The notes beneath the pieces are model-generated. The model searched no databases, was not told the DNA's origin, and saw nothing but the letters and a program-made list of their open reading frames with translations. From Octopus vulgaris (Eukaryota), in the NCBI GenBank assembly GCA_951406725.2, contig OX597836.1:20584001-20648000 (forward strand): a stretch of 64,000 nt of DNA. The letters are read 5' to 3'. The position numbers and the translations under genes were made by a program. Position 1 is the stretch's first letter, and each line of letters begins with the position of its first letter. Of this stretch, positions 40,040 through 53,025 are shown one piece after another.

Positions 40040-42418
40040 CAAAATTTGACTTTTTTTCCTTTCAACATATCAAATAACACAAGTTACTATTTTGGTCTAT
40101 TTTCCAGATTCATTCTTCTCTATGTTGCTATAAAGGCCGTTCTATAAAAACACTGATTACTGTATTCTTGTCCACCACATGACTAACTTTGTTTATTCTT
40201 TTTTTTTTTTTTTTACTTCTTTTGTTCTACTAAACCCACCTACGGTCTCTTTCTTCGTTAGTATAAATTCATTTCCACTGAACAATTCTGAGAAGCAATG
40301 AACCATTTTTGAACGTCTCTTTAACAATCAGAAGGGAACATAACGGGACTATGAAATGGCTTCCGAAAACACTTGCAATAAAATTAGACTAAATCTTAGA
40401 AGAGTTTAAGCATTTGGAAAGGAATGAAAAACAGAAATACAAAGAAGAAAAAAAATCCATGCAATTCTTTTCCCTATAGTGTATATATTTATACTAACCA
40501 TGTATGTGAGTTTATTGCCCAAACTTACATATTTCTGTAAGAGCATCAACACTCATAAAAAATGAAAATATTAACAGAATGGAGTAAAATCTACTCAAGT
40601 TTTCAACAAAAAGTATGTAATGTTAGAACAGTAGAAATTAATGATCAACAGAGAAAATTAAAGAAAAAAAATCATAATTAAATAGTAAGAATAATCAAAT
40701 GTTTTTTTGCTTTTTTTTCTTCAAATGAAGTAAAAATATAAATTAAATTTTAAAATTAATGTTTAAAAAATGTATGGAAGGAAATTTTATGCCAAAAGCA
40801 AAGAGAAAAATTTAAAAAGAAAAAAAAAAAAGAGGTATATAAAATAAGATAGAGAGAAAAAATATGAAGGAACAACATTCTTGCATGCCATTAAAAGTGT
40901 CTTGTTTCAGTTGCCATTCCAGTGAAAAATGAATACAGAAGAAGTTCTTGTAAACAAAGAGATCGGAGAAAGAAAGAAAAGAAAAGAAAATGTGTGTGTG
41001 TGTTGAAAAACGGATGGGAAGTTTTGGCATTTGTATGTATGCATGTATATATATATGTGTGTGTGTGTGTATTTGTATATATGTATGTTTATCTGTATGT
41101 GTGTGTGTATGTATGCCATCATCATTTAACCACACACACACACACACACACACAATGTTCATGATAATGAGCATACTAAATTACACACACATCTACACAC
41201 ATGAAGAAAAATTGTTTTGTTAACTGAAAAATGATTTTATGTTTTTCTAAGAATAAAATCATTCTAATAATGAATGAAATTTAATAAAGAAAGTAAAAAA
41301 AAAAAGAAGAAAAAAAGTCTAAAATATATGTTAAAAATAAGAAACCAGAAATATTTCAAATAAAGCAAAAAAGGAAAAAACATTTCAAACTATAAAAAGA
41401 TGCAATCCAGGCATGCATAAAATTACGAATAGTTTTTAAAACGATTAGAATTTAAAACTAAAGTTAACGAATAAACAAGTGAAATAATTTAAAAGATTCA
41501 AAATAGAAATAAATATACATATATAAATACACACACACTCACACATATATATTTCTTTAGTTATGAATAAACAAGCTTACTTTTCAAGACAAAAATGTTT
41601 TATATAAAATGGAAAAAAACCCCCAAAAAATCCCCTTTTTTAGAATATTCTTGATAAAGAATTTAATTCAAGATTGCAGTGTTGAAAAAGTTATTTTATT
41701 ACTTTTGCATCTTAGTAAGAATCATTCTAATCGTTAATTGGAAATGTATATTTCTATTTATTAATATTCCCTATATCTCCCACCCCATTCCCCTCTTTTA
41801 CAGTTTACCAAATTCTTTCAGGAAAAATGTCTAATTGGACTAGGGACACTTCTTTGTTGTTTAGTTAGAGCTGATTTTTGTTGTTATAACTTAGAGGAGG
41901 TATGATGGTGTGCCTGTAACCCTTTTCGGGAACTCGGAGAATGGTGAGAGGCAGGGAGAAAGATATCCTTAACCATTTAGCATTTCAACCAGCCATACCA
42001 GGCCCACATATTCTACTTGCTTTATGCTCAAACTAGTCAGATCCTGCCTCTCACACCTACTCTACAATATCATTCTAAAAGTAAACAATCATACCATTGG
42101 AATTTTGAAGTTATGAGATTAATTCAATGATTAATTCAAAACCATCATCATCATCGTTTAATGTCTGCTTTCCATGCTAGCATGGTTTGAACGATTTGAC
42201 TGAGGTCTGGCGAACCAGATGGCTGCACCAGACTCCAATCTGATCTGGCAGAGTTTCTACAGCTGGATGCCTTTCCTAACGTCAACCACTCCAAGAGTGT
42301 AGTGGGTGCTTTTACTTGCCACCGGCACGAGGGCCAGTCAGGCGGTACTGCCAATGCCCACGCTCAAATGGTGATTTTTATGTGCCACGTAAATAAATAA
42401 GCATTATATTTGACAGAG

Positions 42419-43390
42419 TATGAGGTTGAGCTGAAAAGTTCACAGGCTGACTATGAAAGAACGATTATCAATAACTGCATTGCTTCTTTTCAGGTAAACT
42501 GACATCTGACTGTTTAAAGAAGACTTCAAAAATAACTAGTTGCAACTTCTCTTGAAAATGGACAAAATGTTGCATCATGGTGTTACGAAGTACTCACAGA
42601 AAAAGGGTTTAGCTCTTTTTAGCATGGTTGCTACATATGGGAATAATGCTACAGTTTTATCAACAGCGCAAAAATAGGCAGTTAATTTAGGAGGGGAAGG
42701 AAGAGTGTTGAAGATGACCCAAGGTCTGGATATCCTGCAACTGCCACCAAGGAGGTAGTAACATTGATCTTGTTGACTAACATGGTGATGGATGACAGGC
42801 GATTGACTATAAATCAAATAGCCAATGCTTTTAGCATATCCCCTGAGAGAATTGAGAATATTCTGTACAATGAACTTGGCATAATGAAGGTTTCTGCTTG
42901 GTGGGTGCAATGTATTCTGACACTTGATCAAAAGTGCACAAGGCTGATTACATCATGGGAATATACGACATTATTTCAGGTAAATCCAGCTGGTTTCCTT
43001 ACCTAGGGTGAATGTTGGCTTCATCACTTTGGGCCGGAGACAAAGAGAAAATTCATAGTGGAAATGCTCCTCACCTGTTCCAAAGAAGGCCAAGGTCGTT
43101 TTGTCTGCAGGGAAGGTGATGGCCTTAGTTTTTTGGAGATGCAAAAGGCATTGTGTTTATTGACTATCCTCAAAAGGGCCACACTATCAATGGAGAGTAC
43201 TATGCCAACTTGTGGAGGTAGTTACAAAAGGGCATCAAGATCAAACACCCAGGAAAACTGACGAAAGGGGGTCTTGTTTTATCAAGACACAAGTCCTTGG
43301 TTTCAATGGATGCAGTGTTTGTGTGATCAACTGGTTGATCACCCTTCCAATTCTCCAGGTTTTGCCCCATTTGACTATCATTTTTATCGA
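42419..43390 (+). mobile_element. Decayed mariner transposon (transposase pseudogene)
   Basis: Frameshifted mariner motifs: DDRRLTINQIA...LGIMKVSAWWV (WVPH region), KAKVVLSAGKVMALVF, GIVFIDY..KGHTINGEYYANL, HPSNSPGFAPFDYHF (YSPDLAP); starts at TA-tgagg. Confidence 0.9.
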
Positions 43391-43617
43391 GGGAATGGAA
43401 GAGAAAGTCAAACAGTAAGAGGTTTGAACTCACAACTCAAAGAAACAAGACTAATTACAATCAAGCAATTAATCTGATGCTCGAATGCTTCTGGCACATC
43501 CCTGCCTTCTGGCCATCCAATAAGATGATTGACAAGATAACAGCAGTTGATAATAGTTACTAATAATAATGATTACTTTTACTTAAACTAACAATAATAA
43601 TAATAATAATAATAACG

Positions 43618-43720
<103 letters not shown>

Positions 43721-43959
43721 TAACAAACACACATAAACTTAGTTTATATGTCTACAATTCACTTCAAATTGACAATGTTCAGTAATTAGATGTTAGTGAA
43801 TCTAAATGGAGTCTATAAGAGGATTAAAAGACAATTTTAATCTACTTAAATCCAGGGAACCCCCAAGCCTTTTATTACTAATGACTAGTAGTTTAATTAA
43901 GCCATCATCAAATTAAATAAATACTTCCACTCTTCTTTTTCAGATTTTTCTTCTTACAC

Positions 43960-44146
43960 TATGAATATATTAAGTTCTTACATTTATGAATAAATTACAT
44001 TTGTACAGTTATGAATAAATTAAGCTCTTATATTCATGAATAAATTATGTTTTTACAATATGAATACATTAAATTGCTGCATTTATGGATAAATTACATT
44101 CATGCATTATGAATAAATTAAGTTCTCACATTATGAATAATAAATT
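43960..44146. repeat. AT-rich degenerate minisatellite (tatgaataaatta core, roughly 24-28 bp period)
   Basis: About seven recurrences of tatgaataaatta variants. Confidence 0.75.
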
Positions 44147-44550
44147 AAGATAGTCCTGTCTTTAAGTAATAATAAGCAAGATAATAGATTTTTGAAAAAA
44201 GAAATATTTTAATAATTTTTAAAACAAAAGTAAAGATAGTTTTCAGCTTGAGTAAAGTGAAAATAAAAAGGAGCCATTTATTAGGAAAATAATGAATCAA
44301 ACAGCGATTTTCATGGCTTTGAGGATGCACAAACTTGATTTATTTTAATAAAAAGAGAGACAGAAAGAGAAAGATAGAAAAAGAGAAAAGGTTGAAATAA
44401 AAGAAGTCACATATATGTGAGGAACGAATGCAAACAGCTTGTGGAAATTCGTTGACGCAGCATCGTAGCTTTGAAAGATAAGGTAAGGGTGCAGTAGAAA
44501 ATGTGCAGAAATCAAAGCACAAACATAATTATATATAATTGCAGCAATAC

Positions 44551-44700
44551 CTGCAGATTTAAATGTGAGACTTGACGTAAGTGCCCGTCTATAACCGAAG
44601 TGTGTCGATGCTCAGTGAGTGACTTGGCAGTCATTTGTGAAGAGGAGTCTGTGTTCTTAGGAGTGGGTGACACTCCACGGCGGTCTTCCACATCTAAAGG
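44551..44700 (-). CDS. MPDZ: MPDZ-like linker exon (PLDVEDRRGVSPTPKN...LRQVSHLNLQ)
   Basis: Acceptor tttgtatctttcacAG, donor CAG/GTATTG; 150 nt, open, phase 0 to 0; GC/CpG-richer than its flanks. No domain motif, so support comes from splice signals and phase only. Confidence 0.8.
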
Positions 44701-44729
44701 CTGTGAAAGATACAAACTCTAAAGCACTT

Positions 44730-45300
44730 GGTGGTAGTGATTGTGGTGGTGGTGGTTGTGGTTGTGGTTGCAGAGGTGTTAGTGGTGATGGAGGTGGGGG
44801 AGTTGATGGTGATAGTGAATGTAATAGAGGGTGGATGTAATAGAGGGTGGAAATGATGGTAAGTGTGATTGTAATGGTGGTGGAGCAGTTGGTGATGATA
44901 GTGGTTGTGATGGGGCGGGGCTGTGTGGAGTTGGTGTTAATAGAGGTTGTAAAGGACGAGGGGGAGTTAGTGGTGATGGTGGATGTAATGGATGGGAGTG
45001 GGGTGAAATTGATGATGGGTGTTGTAATTGAGAGGGGAGGAGTTGGTGGTAATAGTGGGTGTAACAGAAATAGAGGGTGGTGGAATTTGTGGTGATGGTG
45101 GTTGTAACAGGGTGGAAACTGGCAACGATGATGTTATAACAGAGGAGGGAAAAGTTGATAGAGATGGTTATAAGAGAGTAGGGGTGAGGAAATCAGTGGT
45201 GTAGTTGTAATGAAGGAGAGGAGAGGGTTGGTGGTGATGGTGATTGTAATGGAGAGAGGTAGGGGATTTTGTGGTTGGTAGTGGTATGAGGGTGTTGGGA
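44730..45300. repeat. Degenerate (GGT/GAT)n low-complexity tract
   Basis: Direct reading; abuts the acceptor of exon 44551-44700. Confidence 0.85.
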
Positions 45301-47499
45301 AGAAAAACAAATACTTCATCTTCCACACACCCACACCTACATCTAATATCATATCCCATAGGAAAATCATTCAGAGATGAATTAATGCTCCTGCATCAAA
45401 CATGGCATTTGGTGGTTTGGAAAGAGTAAACATTTGAAAAGACTACATCAAAACTAATTTGGATAAACAGGAATTAATAATGCAATAATCAAACTGATTA
45501 GCATGCGGTGTGATTGAATATTGTTTAATAAATTGAACCAACGTAATCTAGGCACTTAATGTGGGTACGTGTGGATGTATGTGTGTCTGTCTGTGTGTAG
45601 ATGGATATGTGAATGCGTATGTTGAACATATAAGGGTTTTGTGTACAAGGTTCACATAATTTCTTTGGTATCCCCTACTTAAATGCTAAAAAAAAAAAAT
45701 AATTTAACTGAAACAAATATAATCAAGCATTAATTAAACAAGGGAATTAAACAATTTGATAAATCTGAAAGCTGTTTCAAATTGAGGATTTTGTATCATT
45801 GATGCAAACAAACTATAAGGCCTTTAAACCCCCACCCCAACCCCTGCCTCAACGAAATAAAGCATTAAAAAAAATTTAAGGTTTAACCTATTACTTGTGC
45901 AATTTCTTTTAAATTAAATTCCAAATGAGATCTGCTTCTATTATCAACAAGAGACTCTAAATAACATTACGCATTTTCTTTCCTGTTCTCTCTCTCTCTC
46001 TCTTGTGTAACTGTAAAAACTGGCTAACAAAATCTACAGATTGCCCATATATGGAAGAATTCTGACATCTGCTGGGAATTTTAAAAGAGTAATCCCCAGT
46101 CAATGAGAATTAGCACAATTTTGATTTGAAATAAATGACTTTTACTCTGTATATCATCATCATCATCATCATTATCATCATCATTTAATGTCCGCTTTCC
46201 ATGATAGCATGGGATGGACAGTTTTGAGTGAGGGCTGGCGAACCAGATGGCTGCACCAGGCTCCAATCTTGATCTGGCAGAGTTTCTACAGCTGGATGCC
46301 CTTCCTAATGCCAACCACTCCGAGAGTGTAGTGGGTGCTTTTTACATGCCACCAGCACAGGAGCCAGTCAGGTGGTACTGGCAACGACCTCGCTCGAATC
46401 TTTTTACACCTTCCACCGGCACAGGTGCCAGTAAGATGATGCTGATTTTAAAAAATTATTATTATTATTATTACTATTATTATGAAGGTGGTGAACTAGC
46501 AGAATCATTAGTATGCCAGACAAAATGCTTAGCAGCATTTGGTCTGTCTTAGCATTGTGAGTTAAATTCTGTCAGGATTGATTATGCTTTCAACCTTTTG
46601 GAGATGAAGAAACAAGTACCAGTTGCGTATTGAGGTTGATGCAATTGGCTTCCCTCTCCCCTCAAATTGCCAACCGTGTGCCAAAAGTTAGAAAGAATTA
46701 TTATTATTATTATTATGGCAAGCTGGCAGAATTGTCAGAGCATCAGAGGAAAAAAATACTTTACAATATTTGTTCCAATGATTTACATTCTAAGTTCGAA
46801 TCCCACTAAAGCACAAGTACTGAGGTTAATGGTATTGACAAATCCCCTACTCTTAAAATTGCTGGCCTTGTGCCAAAATTTGAAACATTATCATTATGAA
46901 GGCAGAATGAGCTAGCAGAATTATTAGCACACTGGACAAAACACTGAGCATCATTCCTTCCAGTTTTATGTTCTGAGTTCAAATGCCACCAAGGTTGACT
47001 TTGCCTTTCATCCTTTCAGGGTCAATAAATACCAGTCAAGTATGGAGTTAATGTAAAATTTTACTCATTTCAGGCCTTGTACTTAGAGTAGAAAGAATTA
47101 TTATCTCCACCTTAGCAAAGGTGAAGGTATTGTTTTCAGTCATATTTGTTTGTTTGTTTGTCCGTGGACAAGATATCTCAAGAACCACTGGATGGATTTG
47201 ATGAAACTTTCAGGGATGTTTGGTCTCATAACTGGCATGAACTGATTAGATTTTAGGATTGATCTGGATTATTTGTTATATTTACTCTACATGATTACGA
47301 TCTTATGTTCACTTTCAAGTCTTTCTCAATTATCTCCCTTTAGGCTGTTTCCAAAGTTTTATTTTCATTTCTCTTTTATTAATTTTACTCGCATCTCTAT
47401 CTTAGTAGAAACAATGGGTAAAGGAATCAAACTACATAAACACACGGCAGCAAAATCATTCAGAAATTAAATAACACTAACATATTTTTATTATATACA

Positions 47500-47740
47500 C
47501 CGTCGTATATATGTATATATATATATATATGCATGTCTGTGTTTGTCCCCTAGCATTGCTTGACAACCGATGCTGGTGTGTTTATGTCCCCGTTACTTAG
47601 CGGTTCGGCAAAAGAGACCGATAGAATAAGTACTGGGCTTACAAAAGAATAAGTCCCGGGGTCGAGTTGCACGATTAAAAGGCGGTGCTCCAGCATGGCC
47701 GCAGTCAAATGACTGAAACAAGTAAAAGAGTAAAAGAGTA
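47500..47740 (+). mobile_element. SINE family A, 3' half
   Basis: Matches 33365-33612. Confidence 0.85.
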
Positions 47741-47910
47741 TATATTATATATACATATTAACACTTTACAGTATACTTGCATATATACATACATCTATCC
47801 ATTGATCTAAAACAAGAGGAATACTAAAGGAAGGCCGGAATCTAAGAGAAGAGAAAACCAAAAGGTCTCCTGCTATTCATTTAAAAATTCCTGAGTAGAA
47901 CTTATTATTA

Positions 47911-48255
47911 TTACCTCTGCCTTTGAAACTATTTTGAATGGTGAATTTGTAAACTTTGTCTTGTATTAGATAAGGATAAACTATTCATTACTGTTACTAA
48001 ATTTTCTACAGCCACCTTCACATTCCATGGCTACTATTGGGATTGATCAAGTACCGGACAAGGATTCTGGATTATTTTTCCGGTTTTGTTTACTTAATTT
48101 TTGAGAGTGGTCAGGTTCATTTTGAGTATTCTCATTTGTGATAGCAGTCGAGTTTATTTCAGATATTCTCATTTTAAGAATCATCTCTGGTTAATCGTTG
48201 AGGGGATGTTGGTGTTGCCTTGGCAGAGGTTTGCACTCTCTGAGTGCCCTTGTTA
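47911..48255 (+). mobile_element. Helentron-associated (HINE/DINE-1-like) non-autonomous element; related 5' piece at 47100-47272
   Basis: Subterminal inverted repeats acctctgcc (47913-47921) and ggcagaggt (48222-48230), 3' hairpin gcactc-tct-gagtgc; the 47100 piece has a (gttt)n tract after the 5' repeat. Confidence 0.7.
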
Positions 48256-48666
48256 CTATTATTATTTTTATTTTTATTTCAATTTGGTTTTAATTTCTGC
48301 TGAGTGTCTTCCTGACACCTAGGGCAAAGAAACTCACTTTATAGATTTCATAAGTCATTAAAATAAACATGCCATTCATAGGCCTATCATCATTATTATT
48401 ATTATTTCACTGAGCTGGCAGAATGATAGGTGTTCCAATGTTGCGATACTAAGCAGGTTAAATGACAAACATAAGAAAGCCCTTGTTCTGGCCTGTCTCT
48501 GTAAATTACTAGGATACTTGAGTAGTGTGTGTGAAATATTAATGATACAAAATCATTACTTGAAACAGCTTACCTATATATTAAACCTATCTTAAAACTT
48601 TGTAAATAATGTAACAAGAAAACAAAAAGATATTTGCATACAGGCTTTCCCTTTCATCGTAATCCG

Positions 48667-48725
48667 GTGATTACCGCCTGTTGACAAGAGGCAACAACCT
48701 CGAAACTGCAGTCCGGTCATATCAC
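48667..48725 (+). ncRNA. Type I hammerhead-ribozyme-like motif with U3:A8 core
   Basis: Core TTGACAA, stem II GAGG-caacaa-CCTC, GAAA, palindromic stem III ACTGCAGT, GTC cleavage triplet, stem I ctg/cgg plus distal gtgat/atcac. Confidence 0.6.
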
Positions 48726-49161
48726 TTAGGCTTACGAGAAAGGGATGGCCTCCCTTTGCAAATACCATAACGGCACAGATAGTGTTACAAATAATAGAAT
48801 ATTAAATTTTTACATAAAAATATTAAATTTATACAAAAATATAACATATTACTGAAATTATGCCTTGTGGTCATTAAGCTCAAAGTCTACTCTGAGCAAA
48901 CAGACTTATGGTCAGAAGTTCAAGACATGATTATTCTGTCTTTAAAGTGTATCTAAGAGTAAATTTTTTTTCATGTCTCTATTCTTTTCCCAAGATGAGG
49001 GTGTATGATTTTGAAAATAATTAGCAACTACTTCTTGCAGGTTGAGGAATTATGCAGAGCATCATTGGTTGGCTGGTGAATTTTGCATCATACTGTGTAT
49101 GCATGCTCAACTGTGTGTATGTATGTATATTTGTATATGCTATATGTGTGTGTGTGTGTTG

Positions 49162-49193
<32 letters not shown>

Positions 49194-49241
49194 ATGTATA
49201 TATATATATATGTATATATATGTATATATATATATATATAT

Positions 49242-49302
<61 letters not shown>

Positions 49303-49404
49303 GTATATATATGTATATATATATGTATATATATATATATATATACATACACACACATAGTTCCACACATATATTTACAAACATTTCTTGTAAAAGTGCA
49401 TTAC

Positions 49405-49428
49405 CAAATCAAAACATGACAAGGAATT
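49405..49428 (-). CDS. Candidate 24-nt frame-preserving microexon (NSLSCFDL)
   Basis: ttttatccacatttAG / AATTCCTTGTCATGTTTTGATTTG / GTAATG; phase 0-0, between two phase-0 junctions. Confidence 0.4.
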
Positions 49429-49666
49429 CTAAATGTGGATAAAACTTTCCAAAGACATGTTTCCAATATTCTTAAAAATGTATTTTCTTCTATTTTTAAA
49501 CACACATTCTTTTTCCAGGGAGTGTGCAAAATATTTACCTTTTTATTCAAATTGACACGCATGTATTTTATCTGGAAAGTTCAAAATAATAACTCAAGGA
49601 TTTTTTCCACAGAACACACACACACATACTTATAGATATATATAAATTATTTCTTATACATAAATG

Positions 49667-49707
<41 letters not shown>

Positions 49708-49912
49708 GAAAAAAATGAGCAACACCTTACATAACACACACACACACATTGCATATATATATATATATATGCAGTGTAGAGAAGTCATATTTTTAACCTT
49801 CTTTCACACACACAACAAAATAAATTTAGATTAAAGGAAACATTAAACATAATTATGCAGACATTTATATTCTAATTATTTCTGGTATACTGTATATGCA
49901 TATATATATTTA

Positions 49913-49948
<36 letters not shown>

Positions 49949-50037
49949 CACATACAGATATAAATGCATGTATACACACGTGCATATACATATAATATAT
50001 ACATATGCACATTCATACATGTTAATAATATATACAC

Positions 50038-50082
<45 letters not shown>

Positions 50083-52570
50083 TATAATACTGTACATGTA
50101 TGTATATATGTATACAAATAAAGAGAAAGACAAAAACTCCACATGTATAAGAAAAGATTATGTACACAAAAACATATACACATTAGATGACACACACATA
50201 TGTATGTTTGTGTACATGTGTATGTGTATGTACATACACATACATATATACACAGACTAACTTTTGTTAAAACATATATATTTCCATTTATATGCACTCA
50301 TCCCCATCAATTTGGTGATGGTGTGTCTTTGAGAATTAGTCTTACTTGCTATTCTAGACCAGAGTAGTATTCTACATATTATAGTGACACACATGCCTGC
50401 ATGGAATCTGAACTCAAAACACAGTGAATTGGAACAGATGCCCACCACAAGGCATCTTATCAAAAGCCTTACCAGTTCCACCAATCTCCCCTCTATTGAC
50501 TGGTACTTAATGTATGACCTCAGAAGGATGAAATGCAAGGCTGACTTCAGTGGGATTTGGCGTCAGTGGGCAGTAACAAACACCACAAGTCATTCAGTCT
50601 GATGACCTACTCAATCAACCAGTTCACCATCTAGTGTTTTTAAATTCATTTTTTTATGCTTGCAACACACCTTTTTAATTTGTCACATATATTAAGCTGC
50701 ACATTATACATATGCATACAGACAAAGAAAGCATCTACATTGCTATTATTGTATATGCATATGCACAAACACATAATACTAGCTAAGTATAAAATTGGCT
50801 TTGGCATTGCTTCAGTGGCCAGCCAAGAACTGGTGTTTCAACACAGTATTATAGTAAACTATTTGCATTCTATTATTATATATGTTCAGTCATATATGTG
50901 TGTGTAGATATACATCCACACAAATTATTGGCATATATGTACCATAAGCTATATATATATATATATATATACGCACACACACATATTTATATGCACACAT
51001 TATGCACACAAATACATACACATAACACATTTTCATTTTGTTATTACACATACTAAAGGTTATTTTTAAGTGTAATTACGAACAAAAATGGTCAAACATT
51101 AATTGAAGGATCACTCAATACTGTCTGACAGTCGATGACTGGCAAAAACTTCAAAGTCGCTGGCAACTTTTTCCTTGTAAAACAGTATACATATGTATGT
51201 GTGTATGTGTGTATACTTTTTCTTTCTCTTTCATAAAATTAAATTTCTTAAAAGAGAAATTTAATTTTATGAAACAAGTCATAAAACTATTTTTGAAAAG
51301 TTTTGGTAATGGTGTTAAATCCATCAGATGCCACAAAGATGATTTTAGAAATTTCATCTTAACCAAAACCTTGTTTAGACCATATTCCTTATGAATAGAC
51401 ATCTTTTCTTAAAGGGTCCACCAAGATATGACAAGATTTCTCTACTTTAGGAAATGTGTCATACATGTATAATAAAATTATAAATATAAATTTAAAACAA
51501 AAGAATGGCTTGAAGATGAATCAGCACTTAATTGGAGTATTTATTACTATTCTTTGTGGAACCTCTAGTGTTGTCTTGCAAAATAGAAGCATTCTGCAGA
51601 TCCCTGTTTGGGAAATGCTGGTCAGTGTACTTACTGACAATGGTATAGAAGAATAATATACCACGACCATAAAACAGAGAGATACTGCATAGATTGCATA
51701 ACTGATATAGATTTTCTTAACTAACTACCAAGATAAAATCTTTTTGTGGCCAACACTGGTAATAACAGACTGGTATCCTTTCCCAGTGATATTAAACCAA
51801 TATTAAAAAGCTTAGTGACTTAGTAAACTGAACATAAACTGCAATACTTTGCAATAACTTTGACTAATTGGTCATAAATTAACGGAAAAAAACATATTGA
51901 AACTTGAAGTATGTATATAAAGTTATGGATTGTATATATTGGATAGAAAAATTCAAAGGACTGCTTTAGTCCAATGGTTGAACACCTATCATATTTACAG
52001 GAGATATGGGTTTGAGTCTCACAGGCAGCTTTCAACTTTTTCTATCCACAGGGTTTTTAACCCAATATTTACATCCTATTATTTATAGCTTTATATAATG
52101 CTTTGAGTTTCAATGTTTCAAAAAAGAATTATTTCAAGTTCATTTAAATGCTTGTAACATCAAAAAAATATATAAAACAAAATTATTTCTCTTTAAGATA
52201 AAAAAATTTTTTTTTTAATGTTTACAAGCCATGAATAGAAATATCTTTTGAAATAATAATATTACCCATAGTTTAAAAAACAAACACAAACATACACAAA
52301 ATAAGGAAATAGAAATTGTGATGAAAATCTAAAATCGAATTATATTTAGCTTGTTCTTTGGTGTTCTTTTTGATAAGAGGAAAATAAATGGATCATATCA
52401 AAACATGGTAGTACATATATCTCATTTCATCAAGGAAAACAAATATATCCATAAAGGAATACACCTATACTCACATACAGGTTTATAAAGATACACATAC
52501 ACATAGTGCATGTACATACACACATACACACAGATATAAAGATATATATATATAAGCTGTGAATACATAC

Positions 52571-52681
52571 ACATGATGTATCTGTTAAACTTTGGACTAA
52601 GAAATGAACTGGACTCGTTGCATTCCTGATAATTTCAACAGCTTCATCATGAGAAGCATCACGTAGATCTTTTCCATTCAC
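52571..52681 (-). CDS. MPDZ: MPDZ-like exon: PDZ C-terminal part ([37 protein letters not shown])
   Basis: Acceptor ttacttttacattccAG, donor TGT/GTATGT; 111 nt, phase 0 to 0; completes the PDZ domain. Confidence 0.93.
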
Positions 52682-52985
52682 CTGGAATGTAAAAGTAAAT
52701 ATTTGATAAAACTCTCTTTATCGTACAACAAAAACACTCACTCCCTTCCTCTTCTCTCTCTCTCTCTCTCCTTTCACAGGAATTCTTACAAAATGTTTTG
52801 CTAAACCAAGGTCTGAAAAAGGATTATGCTTAATACATATCACCCCTCTTCATTTAACACTTGTCATGCCAACATGCATAAGAACACTTCTGGTTCTACA
52901 AAACTATATCATCAATTAACATTGTTTTTTTTCTTTTTAAGATGTAAAAGAGGTAGGGTTTCTACTGATAAAATCACCATGTCAG

Positions 52986-53025
<40 letters not shown>

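Noticed and set aside
40885-40948. Exon-like segment after a long pyrimidine tract (minus)
   Set aside because: Only an AAG acceptor and a poor GC donor (G/GCATGC).
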